From assembly GCA_025201805.1 (NCBI GenBank), contig MU619327.1, forward strand, positions 94,932-133,521: a stretch of 38,590 nt of DNA, written 5' to 3'. The stretch comes from Parasitella parasitica NRRL 2501 (lineage: Eukaryota > Fungi > Mucoromycota). Under the pieces are notes generated by a model. The model did no database searches. It was not told the origin of the DNA and saw nothing but the letters and a program-made list of their open reading frames with translations. Positions 1-9,978 of this stretch are shown here, piece after piece. Position 1 is the stretch's first letter, and each line of letters begins with the position of its first letter. Made by a program: the position numbers and the translations under genes.

Positions 1-613
1 GTACAGGTAAAGATACTTGCGTTTTCAGCAAATTTTGAGCATCTGTCAATGCAGTTTTTACTACATTGAGTTCAGCTCGTAATTTGGCATTTTCAATGGC
101 TAAGCTTTCAACACTTGCCAGACGAGATTCTTGATACGCAAGTTTTTGTGTTAGATCACGAATTTGTGATTGGAAGCGGAGTGCCCACGAAGGGGTATCG
201 TTATCCAGATCGACAGAAAAAGGAGTAGCAGGAGAGAAATTGGGGATTGTGGTGGTACCTGAATTCGTGAATTCAGTATCTATTTTATTAGATACCTTGG
301 TCATTTGGGGTAAAGAAGCACGACTGGGGTTGGTTTTAGTACGAGAGTGTTTTTTGAGAACTTTTTGTGAATCAACACCAAAAAGTGGAGGAGACAAAGA
401 GGAAAAAGGTCGTTTAGATTTGTCTGAAGAAACTTCAGCAAATGTTTTGTTGGGTTGAAAAGAAGATGCTTGAGAAGTCGATGATTTTGAAGAGTGATTA
501 GAACTTTTTGAGTCCTTAGTAGAGGGAGATGCCGTTGTTACTGTTGGTACAGTACGAGATCTAAGTTGCCGTGGCAAAGGAATTTTAGAGTGGTTTGCTT
601 TCTTGGTAGACAG
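1..613 (-). CDS. Probable ORF1 (gag-like) of a non-LTR retrotransposon; N-terminal part, runs off the window edge
   Basis: Stop-free minus-strand frame from 664 to base 1 (absent from the ORF track): LSTKKANHSKIPLPRQLRSR...S/T/K/P-rich...DTPSWALRFQSQIRDLTQKLAYQESRLASVESLAIENAKLRAELNVVKTALTDAQNLLK. A disordered N-terminus followed by a coiled coil fits LINE ORF1 proteins. No introns seen. Start at CTG 613 or ATG 304. No RT/endonuclease visible in the window. Confidence 0.55.
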   Translation of the reverse strand, partial: MSTKKANHSKIPLPRQLRSRTVPTVTTASPSTKDSKSSNHSSKSSTSQASSFQPNKTFAEVSSDKSKRPFSSLSPPLFGVDSQKVLKKHSRTKTNPSRASLPQMTKVSNKIDTEFTNSGTTTIPNFSPATPFSVDLDNDTPSWALRFQSQIRDLTQKLAYQESRLASVESLAIENAKLRAELNVVKTALTDAQNLLKTQVSLPV

Positions 614-672
614 TTTCAATGATTGTTGCTTTTTCAAAAATATTGCGGGTATTGAACCTATATGTTATGATC

Positions 673-744
673 TCTTCGGTAGTATAGTGGTAAGTATCCC
701 CGCCTGTCACGCGGGAGACCGGGGTTCAATTCCCCGCCGGAGAG
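673..744 (+). tRNA. tRNA-Asp(GTC)
   Basis: Acceptor stem TCTTCGG/CCGGAGA, A-box TAGTATAGTGG, anticodon arm CCCGC-CTGTCAC-GCGGG, T-arm CGGGG-TTCAATT-CCCCG, discriminator G. Confidence 0.97.
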
Positions 745-752
745 TTTTTTTC
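745..752 (+). terminator. Pol III terminator (T8)
   Basis: Eight T immediately after the tRNA discriminator base. Confidence 0.85.
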
Positions 753-1494
753 ACATTTTGTGGTGTATGTATCGTTTTTTTTATTTTTTTGTCAGTTGCT
801 CACAGACTTTGTGTGTAACCATTTTAATTAGTATATAAATATCAATTGTATCTTACAATAATAAAGGTATCTTTTATCTCATATATAACATTTTACATAC
901 TTCCTTATAAATCTACTCTAAAACATATTTATCTGCACACGACATTTTTTTATCAAGTTTGTTAACAGCTGTGGTTGCTAGAAACCGACATAGTAATAAA
1001 ATAATACTTGAGAATATAATTTTTTTTTTTCTTATAGTTTCGTTCAGAATGTCCCTGTCTTCGATTTGCATTGTCATATCTATAGAATACATTAGATTAT
1101 CATTTTTTTTACATCTGCCAATGTGGCAACCTTTGCCATGGTGGCCGTTCTTGGATTAGATCTAAAGTTAGAATCCTGAGATATCATCTGATTTTCTTTT
1201 GTATCCATATAAAGAATGCATAAGTTATATCTAACATAGTTATAATGTACGGATCATGATACTAATTGTTGATAATTCTTTTACAAATAATAAATAAGCT
1301 ACAATTTGTGATTGAACCTCTTGCAAGATTCTAGGCTTATTCAATGATCAGATCGTGGGATGTCAGAGAGACGTCTTACCCACATATTATCTTTAATGTG
1401 GAAGAATAGGTCTGTCTTGGATGCTGTGATTTGATAGTGTTTGACACTTCTTGTCAAACATCAGATGTTGTGTAGATAAACAAGGATTAGGGTA

Positions 1495-3213
1495 CACTAT
1501 TTCCGAAAATTATTGGTGCACTAACAAAAAGCAGTTTGGTGCACCAAAAAAAATCATTTTGAAGCAGCGACGAAAATCAGTTTGGTGCACTGTCCAAAAT
1601 GCTTTTGGTGCATCTGCAAAATAAATTTCGTGCAAATATCAAAATGGTGTTTGGTGCATTGTGCACCAAATGTGTAGATTTATTATATATTTTTTTTTTC
1701 TAAACAGTCATCCCACTTGGAAGCAGAATATCTGCAAAATCCTTCTAGATCGCTGATCATCACCTTGTTACAAGCATCAGAAATTCTAGTGGACAGTGTT
1801 TCTTCTTCCAAAAGTGCCACTCTTTTAAGTTTGCTTTTCACAATGGACCAAAATTGCTCGATTGGATTAAGCTCAGGGGAATAAGGTGGGAGATAGACAC
1901 ATCTATACCCTCTGCTTTCAATATACAATTGTATGTCTTTGTTTTTATGGATAGGTGCATTATCCATTATCAAATAATGGCCTTCAAACTCCTTATATTT
2001 ATCCATCACATCCAAGGTGCTAGCGACAAAATTGAAGTAATGTCCAGTTACAGTTCCTCCCTTACCTGCTTGAGTCTGAATAGGGCCACCTGTAGCTTTT
2101 CTTTTTTTCGAAGGTGCTGTATAAACTTTCGGAAGCTTTACCTTAACATTAACAACGCCAAAGGGTGATATGGCCCCGATAATTGTCGTAGTTTTTGCTC
2201 GGGTCTTGGGAACCTTTACAACAGATCGCTCTCCTTTAACCGACCATGCATAGTTGCGCTTCATGTTGATAAGAAATGCAACCTCATCAATAAATACGCA
2301 ATCACTTGTAAAATCCATGTCAGTTTCTTGCCATTGCTTGACCCAGTTGTATCTTTCTTCAATTTTTTCAGGACTATTTCGCTCTACCGAGTGGAAATGA
2401 GCCCTTTTAAGCGAAAATTGGCACTTCTCTGTCAAGAACTCGTGCAAAGCAGACTTTCGAATTTCAAGACCCATAAATTGAGCATTCAGTTGATCCATCA
2501 TTTCTTCCAAGACTAGATCTGGTTTGGCATCCACCATGCCGATCAAAGCCTCTTTATGCTCCTCACGAAGTTTTGGTGGTCTTCCAACCGATTTGACCAC
2601 TTTTTTGTGAGAAAGCTCTTCATCATTCTCCAAACTTTCCACACCCTTCTTGTACCAGTTTTGGCCAGTGCTGGGAGGGATTTTGACCATTTTGCAGGCT
2701 GCACGGATGCTCATTTGCTTCTCGTATACGAGAAAGAAGAACTTGGCTTTATCTTCGCTCTTGTATGATCGATACCGTGTTCCCTTGGGTTCCTCGGGTT
2801 CTGCATTTCCACCTTCTTGTTTCAAACCATCTTCTTCTTTTGTTTTCTTAATCGGCTTTTCTGGTGGCTTCAGGTTCATATAGTCACTGAAGTTGGTTAT
2901 ATTATCCAAAGGATATTGTTCGTCGTCTACTTCCATAGCGAGAACAGCAACTGATTCACCCTGCTCATCGTAGAGATTTCCTTTCCCATCTTCGAAAATA
3001 AATTGATCCATAGAATAAGCTAATATTTGTGGTAAGAAAAGAGCTAAAAGTGCATCAAATACATTTTGATTTTTGCACGAAATTTATTATGCAGCTGCGC
3101 CAAAAGCATTTTGGACAGTGCACCAAACTGATTTTCGTCGCTGCTTCAAAATGATTTTTTTTGGTGCACCAAACTGCTTTTTGTTAGTACACCAATAATT
3201 TTCGGAAATAGTG
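1495..3213 (-). mobile_element. Complete IS630/Tc1/mariner DNA transposon with ~164-bp TIRs and TA target duplication
   Basis: TA(1493-1494)-CACTATTTCCGAAAATTATTGGTG ... CACCAATAATTTTCGGAAATAGTG-TA(3214-3215). TIRs ~1495-1658 and ~3051-3213 enclose an intact transposase. Confidence 0.95.
1683..3011 (-). CDS. Tc1-like DD34E transposase (442 aa)
   Basis: HTH region and GRPPKL; catalytic VFIDE, LIMDNAPIH, YSPELNPIE with 34 residues between the second D and E. Confidence 0.95.
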   Translation of the reverse strand: MDQFIFEDGKGNLYDEQGESVAVLAMEVDDEQYPLDNITNFSDYMNLKPPEKPIKKTKEEDGLKQEGGNAEPEEPKGTRYRSYKSEDKAKFFFLVYEKQMSIRAACKMVKIPPSTGQNWYKKGVESLENDEELSHKKVVKSVGRPPKLREEHKEALIGMVDAKPDLVLEEMMDQLNAQFMGLEIRKSALHEFLTEKCQFSLKRAHFHSVERNSPEKIEERYNWVKQWQETDMDFTSDCVFIDEVAFLINMKRNYAWSVKGERSVVKVPKTRAKTTTIIGAISPFGVVNVKVKLPKVYTAPSKKRKATGGPIQTQAGKGGTVTGHYFNFVASTLDVMDKYKEFEGHYLIMDNAPIHKNKDIQLYIESRGYRCVYLPPYSPELNPIEQFWSIVKSKLKRVALLEEETLSTRISDACNKVMISDLEGFCRYSASKWDDCLEKKNI

Positions 3214-4048
3214 TACAGTATACTTTAGTATAAATAGAAATCATACCTTATGTCAAAAACAGTCCTCAGGTTTATACCTGGTTTATTCAGAGAAAGTCTT
3301 ATTCACTTCTTTCGATATAACATTTACACATCATTTCGCTGCGCCCTTTACACTGGCACAGCATGATTGTACAAGTTTTCAATAGATTGTTCATAAAGAT
3401 TTAGTCCATTTAAATAAACAGCGTTCATTCAACCAATAAAATACTTAGTTTTGTATTTGGTCTTTATTCTCATCTGCTATGCCTTCTTCAAAAATTTGCT
3501 TAACAGGCACAGAGTATATACTGCAAAGCCTAATAGTTGAATTTGCGAGGACTGCAAGAAGGTGATAGTGAAGTAATAGCAATTCGGATAGGAACATTCT
3601 CCAGCTTGAACAGTCTATTAAACATTTTGGTATCTTTTATTCAGGCAGTATTTTTTTGCTCTTAACACGCTGTGAATCATATGGATGCCCTAAAATTTAT
3701 CTGTGTTGTTTACTTTTGTTAGACCTTGTGTTAATTATGATTAAAATCTTTGCTGATACTGTAGGAATACACAATTTAAATGACTATTATCTAAAAACAA
3801 GGTATATAATCTCTTGTTACTTTTGGTATATCTTTTTCATTCATTTCAAAGGAGTGAATCAGCTCGGCATTCGATTTCTATACTCATGTAAGCAGTCTTT
3901 AACTCGAGTAAAGTAAAGGATTGGCGGCAAAGAGTTCCCCCATTATCGATCAAATTGAGTAATAATGTTTATGTCATAATTTATGTATGTACAAAAGTAT
4001 ACACAGCCTTTCCTTTTATCTCCTTTTTTTTTTTTTTTTTCTTTTCAT

Positions 4049-5172
4049 ATGCTTCTCAGAACTAAAATTTCTCCAAGGTTACTTTATCAGCGAGCACCTG
4101 TCCATAATTATTTAAAGTCTAGTGTAATTCGAACAATGTCTACTGCCAATACAATGAAAGCTGTTTTCGTAAATGAACAAGGTGGCGTTGATAAACTGAT
4201 TTATGATAATGTTCCTGTTCCCAAGGTTGGCGAAAACTCTGTGCTTGTCAAGAATCGTTTTGTCGGTGTCAACTATATCGATACCTATCAAAGAAGTGGT
4301 GTTTACCCTGTATCTTTGCCATTTACTCTTGGCCGTGAAGGGTAATTTTTTTCTCTCTATAATCCAGAACTGAAACATTCATGCAAAACTTCAATAGTGC
4401 AGGTGATATTGTAGAGGTTGGTGCCAACGTTAAAGATTTCCAGGTTGGTGATCGTGTTGTTTACCTGGGTGGGTCTACTTACGCCGAATATACAAATGTT
4501 CCAGCAGAAGCTGCTGAAAGGTTAAGTAAGGATGTCACCTACGAGGAGGCTGCTGCTATTGGTATTCAAGCATTGACTGCTTGGACCATGGTACGTGATG
4601 GTTACCAAGTTAAGAAGGGCGACACTATTTTGGTTCATGCTGCAGCTGGTGGTGTAGGTTTATTATTGTGCCAAATGATTCATCATCTTGGTGCAACTGT
4701 CATCGGCACTGTGAGCACAGATGAAAAGGCTGCCCTTGCTCGTAAAAATGGTGCCGACCATGTCATTGTTTATACTCGCGAAGATGTTGTTGAACGAGTC
4801 AATGAGCTTACGGGTAACTTGGGTTGTCATGCTGTATTGGATGGTGTTGGAAAATCAACTTGGGAAGACTCTCTTGCCTCCACTCGCCGTTTGGGAACGT
4901 TGATTTCATTCGGCAATGCCTCAGGTGTCGTTCCTCCCATTAAAATCCAATGTTTGACAGCCAAAAACTTGAAATTGATGAGACCCCAATTGTTTGCGTA
5001 CCTTGCAACTCGTGGAGAATCTCAAAAATGGTGGAGTGAAATATTTGAGCTGCTAAGCAAAAATGTTATCAAGCTTCATATTCACAAAGTTTATGATTTA
5101 ATGGATGCTAAGCAAGCGCATATGGATATTGAGAGCAGAAAGACTACAGGAAAGCTTTTGATTAAACTTTAA
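4049..5172 (+). CDS. ZTA1: NADPH:quinone oxidoreductase (zeta-crystallin/Qor family); 2 exons, intron 4342-4397
   Basis: GVNYIDTYQRSG, LGREG|AG across a GT-AG intron, HAAAGGVG NADPH motif, C-terminal ESRKTTGKLL. Alternative in-frame ATG at 4136. Confidence 0.9.
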
Positions 5173-6032
5173 AATTAACGGGTATTTTCCGTGTAATAAG
5201 TTTCGACTTTATTAATAAAATTGGTGCTTGTATTTCTCTATATAATTAGATAACAACAGAGTCATGACTGACGACCATTCGTTCAGACCTTACATTCTGC
5301 GTTAAAACTTTCGAGCATCTAATCGCTATTTGTAACTATAACAAAATTACCTGTTTATGCTTTACACTCGTTTGCGCAAAATCTAGAAAAAAAGGTATCT
5401 CATACCGCGTAATAAATAATGGGTCAAATATATATTTTATAATTACGCTTGTCAAACAAATCTTTATAAATAGCATCATTTTAATGTTGCAATCGAAAAC
5501 TAGTATCACATCAACTAAGCTCAAAGCACATGTTATTGTTGCTTTTTTATAATTTCTGTTTTATTTTTATAATAAAACTGATTCTGTAAAAAGTTCGCAT
5601 ATTATTGTGGAGAAACAAAAAACAAGGTTATCCAAGGGAAAGAGAAAAACATCTTGCTGTGCTACTATTGATAATCATTTCAAATTTTCGAATGTACAAT
5701 GTAAGTCTATCAGCCGCTTTACCACATCGAACAAATTGCTATTATATTGAAAATCAAGAGAGCTAAACGCACTGAACATGTCCGCGGACTTTGGCGTTTT
5801 GGGTTGAATATTACTGTATTAATTGGCAGTAATATAGTGTAACAATGTCCAATCGACCAAAAAGAAGATATGGAAAGTGACAGTATAGCATCAGCATATA
5901 GAAAGGAAGCTCTTTAAAACCAGCTAATTTGATTTGTGTAGCCGTATAGAGATAATAACTCATATAAATCAATCTTACAGGATTATCCTCATCTTTCTCA
6001 TTTTTTTTTCCCATTTACACAGCAAAAGTGAG

Positions 6033-6473
6033 ATGTTCAAGTCATTACTCTTACTTGCGGTTTTGTGCTTGGTTTTTATCCAAACTGGGTACGCAAGTGT
6101 GTTTTCTCAACTTCAATTTATCAAGATTTCATCACCAAAGAGTGGGCAAAACCTCCGTGCTGGTGAATACTTGACAGTTAAATATGTCATGCAGCCTCTT
6201 ATCAAGGACAATGTCTCTGCTGGGAAGGCCCTCAAATTAAATATCAATTTCCACAAGCGAACTGGAAATACAAAGCAACAGCAGCTGGCTATTATTTCCC
6301 ATAGTTGTCCTGTCACTGCCAAGGAAAATAAATATGTCACTTATACCAAAAAATGGAAAATTCCCAAGGGTACCAAGCCCGGATCTTATGCTGTTGATTT
6401 CAAGGAACTTGTTCAACTTCGTCGTGGCCAAATTACTGCTGTTGAAACTGTAAAAGTTAATGTTGTTGATTAA
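6033..6473 (+). CDS. Small secreted basic beta-rich protein (146 aa), unknown function
   Basis: Signal peptide MFKSLLLLAVLCLVFIQTGYA; I-x-SP-x2-G...V-K-Y...W-K-I-P...PG-S-Y pattern resembling Ig-like/Kre9-N-type folds; AATAAA downstream. Confidence 0.8.
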   Translation: MFKSLLLLAVLCLVFIQTGYASVFSQLQFIKISSPKSGQNLRAGEYLTVKYVMQPLIKDNVSAGKALKLNINFHKRTGNTKQQQLAIISHSCPVTAKENKYVTYTKKWKIPKGTKPGSYAVDFKELVQLRRGQITAVETVKVNVVD

Positions 6474-6765
6474 AACGTTAAACTTTTATCCGATATGCTC
6501 CCTCTACCGTCTTTCTTTTCGTAATTTACCCCATCGCCGCCAGCTCGATACAAAAAATATATTCAATAATAAATTACATGTAATTGGCTAGTAAATGATA
6601 GCAATCTTTTAAAATGTTTTCAGAAATGATGGTTGGAATAGGCCCACATCTGAAGTCAAGTCCGGCTCCCAGCTGTTTGTTTCAGAAGAACACATTTCCT
6701 GGGCCGTATAATATTTTTCTGCATGATAAATTGCTATTTTTCTCTCTCTGTCAATTTCATACATA

Positions 6766-8004
6766 ATGAGCAAAATTCTCAACTACGGCTCTATCAACAT
6801 CGATGAGTCTTTTATTGTACCGCACATTTGTTCGTCAGGCGAAACTTTATCCTCTTCAAAATATTTCGTTCGCGCTGGTGGCAAAGGTAACGCTGAACAT
6901 TGAGGAAAAGCTCTTGGTTATTGATATGCATATATTAGGTGCAAATCAGTCAATAGCAATTGCAAAGGTAGGATAAATGTCATATGAAGGCGGGAAATAT
7001 TGACTGAAATGGGCATATCGTAGGCGGGAGGACGAGTTTACCATTCTGGCAACTTTGGCTACGACGCTGTTTGGGTAATAAATAGACATGGTGTGCTGTT
7101 ATTTATATTGACATATCAATTAATTAGATTAAAGACTATATGACTGAGAACGGCGTTGATATGTCCTACTCGAGAATCAACGAAAAGGAGGTAGACAAAA
7201 AGCTGTTTTTTTCAAGAATCGCCCATTGACACACACCCACACATCGATAGAGAAATGGGCATGCATTTATTCAAGTAAGTAAGGAAACAGGTGATAACTG
7301 CATTGTGCTTTATCCCGGCACCAATGGCACTTATACTGTGGAAGAAGCTGCTACGGTACTTGATTCATTCGGACCTAGCGACTGGATTGTACAACAGAAT
7401 GAGATTAGCCATGGTGGAGAGATAATGAAGTTGGCAGCCGAAAGGGGGCTCAAGGTATTCTTTAATCCAGCACCTCTTACAAAAGGTATTTTACATGAAT
7501 TTCCTTTTGATAAGGTCACTATTCTTGTTGTGAATGAGCATGAGGCGCAATCCTTATATGAAGAGCTTGGTGGCAGCAGAAAAGGTGTTTCTGGCTTGGA
7601 TCTGGCAACGGAACTTATGCAAAATTTTGATACAATGCAAGGTGTCGTGATTACTTTAGGTGGGGAAGGTGTCGTTGCTAGGTTCAAGTACAATAAGAAA
7701 TTCAAAGACTTTAAAGTACCTAGTAGAAAAGTCAATGTCAAGGATACAACTGGTGCAGGAGACACATTTGTTGTATGTACCCTAATCACTTGAAAGAAAA
7801 AGCTGGGCCAATTTTATTAATATTCCCATGTAGGGCTACTTTTTAGCTGCATTTATTCGAGCTGAAAAAGAGGATTACTTCCACAGAGTTGAGGCAGCAT
7901 TACAAGAAGCAAACTTTGCATCGTCAATAGCAGTTCAGCGTGAGGGATCTATGGCTTCTGTTCCATATATCAGAGAAGTACATGAAGCAATGCATAGTAA
8001 ATAA
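6766..8004 (+). CDS. RBK1: Ribokinase (PfkB family); 6 exons
   Basis: MSKILNYGSINID, GGKG|ANQ, FNPAP, VVNEHE, ITLGGEG, DTTGAGDTFV|G signature; five GT-AG introns restore the frame (first 6887-6938). Confidence 0.92.
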
Positions 8005-8133
8005 AGGATTCATTAGCACTCTAATTTTAATGACCCAATCAAGGCCTCTTATTGTCAAAAACAACAGATCTCCATAGCCATTTTTACAGGGGCGATAAAT
8101 TAAGTTATTGAGTATCACCTCCACTCACACTGC

Positions 8134-8177
8134 CTCTCTCACTCTCGCTCTCCCTCTCCCTCTCTCTCTCTCTCTCT
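8134..8177 (+). repeat. Imperfect (CT)n microsatellite followed by T and A runs
   Basis: ctctctcactctcgctctccctctccctctctctctctctct upstream of the 8303 gene. Confidence 0.8.
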
Positions 8178-8302
8178 TTTTTTTTAAAAAAAAAACCCTT
8201 TCTTTCTCTCTTAGCGTCAAGAGGTAAATCACTCGTTTTTACCACCCAAATCACACTCCATTCCTTCTATAATTTGTTACGATAATCGCTATACAAGATA
8301 TA

Positions 8303-8689
8303 ATGTCGAGCAACCTGAATTTGTTCTTGTTCATGTCACTGCTCTCAGCTGTATTTGCACAACAAACACCAACTGTCTTGACAAATGGATTCCATGAAGA
8401 TAACAACAGCTCGAATGAAAAGCATGAAAGCTGGCTCCAAAAGAATGATAGATATGTCTTTATAATAATCCTTAGCTTGTTGATTTTGGCTATTTTAATA
8501 TGGTACATTGTTCGTAGCATCAAAAGCATGCGTAAGAGATTGGCTGATGAAAACCAAGGACATATGATGATGGTTCAAAATGCATCTGGTGGCGGTTTCT
8601 CAGAAAATGTACCTGTCGACTCTAATGGATTTCATAAGGTGCCTGATTACCCTCAGCAACCACCGCCACAGTACAATCATCGTTATTAG
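8303..8689 (+). CDS. Small type I membrane protein (128 aa) with cytosolic PY motifs; Rcr1-like candidate
   Basis: Signal peptide ending AVFA|QQ, short ectodomain with an NNSS sequon, one TM helix (YVFIIILSLLILAILIWYIV), basic stop-transfer, tail VPDYPQQPPPQY. Confidence 0.8.
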   Translation: MSSNLNLFLFMSLLSAVFAQQTPTVLTNGFHEDNNSSNEKHESWLQKNDRYVFIIILSLLILAILIWYIVRSIKSMRKRLADENQGHMMMVQNASGGGFSENVPVDSNGFHKVPDYPQQPPPQYNHRY

Positions 8690-9624
8690 CCATACATATA
8701 TAAACAAAGTAATAAAGCCTGAATAGCCGATACGCTAAAAAGAAATAGAGGTGCACATACGCTTGTATTTTATAAGTAGCATGGCTTGTTTTAATCTGAC
8801 TAACCTCCTTGATTTTTTGCTTAGTTTTGATTGTTTTTTCTTTGACGAGATTAATGAGCAACTTGTCAGGTTTTAGACTATCGTCAGGAACAAGAGAAAA
8901 AAGCCTCCCTTAGAAAAGGGCAGTCTGGAACTCCAGATACTGGCTGTTTCACACAATTTTGCATCGTATAAATTAGTTGCACAATCAGCTTTTAATAGGT
9001 GTAAATTGGGATATGCTTCAATACAGAGATTCATCCCATGTATTTTAAGTCAGAGAATGAAAAGCATAACTACAAGTTCAATATACGATCAAGCAAGGAA
9101 GAAGGAAGTGTCGCTGTTTTGCTTCTCAATAAATTATCAACTATTCCGGTCATTCATATAAGATTTCTTGATAATTTGGGAGACTTAGAGGTAAGTAACG
9201 AAGCCATCCGATTCCTTGGGCACGTAAAAAAAAAAAAGATGAAAGAAGGTGGATATTTTAAGCACTGTATGTTTCATGGCTGAACAAAGGTGTGTTTGAC
9301 CATTTTTCTCTCCATGTGCTGGCACACTCAATCTCTTGTTCGGTTTACATAAGGCATGGCACCAAACCATCCGAGTCAACTATCATTATCCTTGCGTTGC
9401 AAGAATCAAGTCAGAACAAAACTCCAACAAGGATGTCGGTTTTTTTTCTTGGTGGCTACCAATGATAGCATCTGTGTAACTCTAATATACCGTATAAATA
9501 CAAAGTGCTTTATTTGTCAAGTTTATAATACATTATATATATGTCTAAAGATTGGCATTGCATTGATTTGATCAAATAAGCATCTGCTAAATGCATTTGT
9601 CTATTTTGCATACATTTCATTTGT

Positions 9625-9978
9625 TTAGTAAGCTTGCATTTGAAGATTTCGCTGCTGCTGTTGTTGCTGTTGCTGCTGTAATTTCTGCAGTTCTTCTGGA
9701 GAACCATAAGCTATGGCTATATTTCCATGATCCGCCGTCTTTTCTGTGTCTACCACTCTTTTGCGCATATTTTTGACATATCGGATGATGAGGTCGCATA
9801 TTATTCCAACCAAAATTAATGTGCCAATGACAGCAGCAATGATAATAATTGTTCTTGTGCTCGAGTTTTTGTCATTTGTGTCATTCGATGTATTTGTAGG
9901 ATCATTGGGTCCTTGCTGTGCAATTACCATTGATACAAGTGACATGAGCAAGGCCACATTTAAAAAGCTTGAGATCAT
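9625..9978 (-). CDS. Small type I membrane protein (117 aa), paralog of 8303-8689
   Basis: Signal peptide ending MVIA|QQ, sequons NTS/NDT/NSS, TM helix, IIRYVKNMRKRV (vs IVRSIKSMRKRL), poly-Q tail. Confidence 0.78.
   Translation of the reverse strand: MISSFLNVALLMSLVSMVIAQQGPNDPTNTSNDTNDKNSSTRTIIIIAAVIGTLILVGIICDLIIRYVKNMRKRVVDTEKTADHGNIAIAYGSPEELQKLQQQQQQQQQRNLQMQAY

Noticed and set aside
603-818. 71-aa ORF
   Set aside because: Overlaps the tRNA-Asp and its terminator; non-ATG start.
1511-1670. CRISPR-like spaced repeats
   Set aside because: 8-bp boxes with irregular spacing inside a transposon TIR in a eukaryote; no cas genes.
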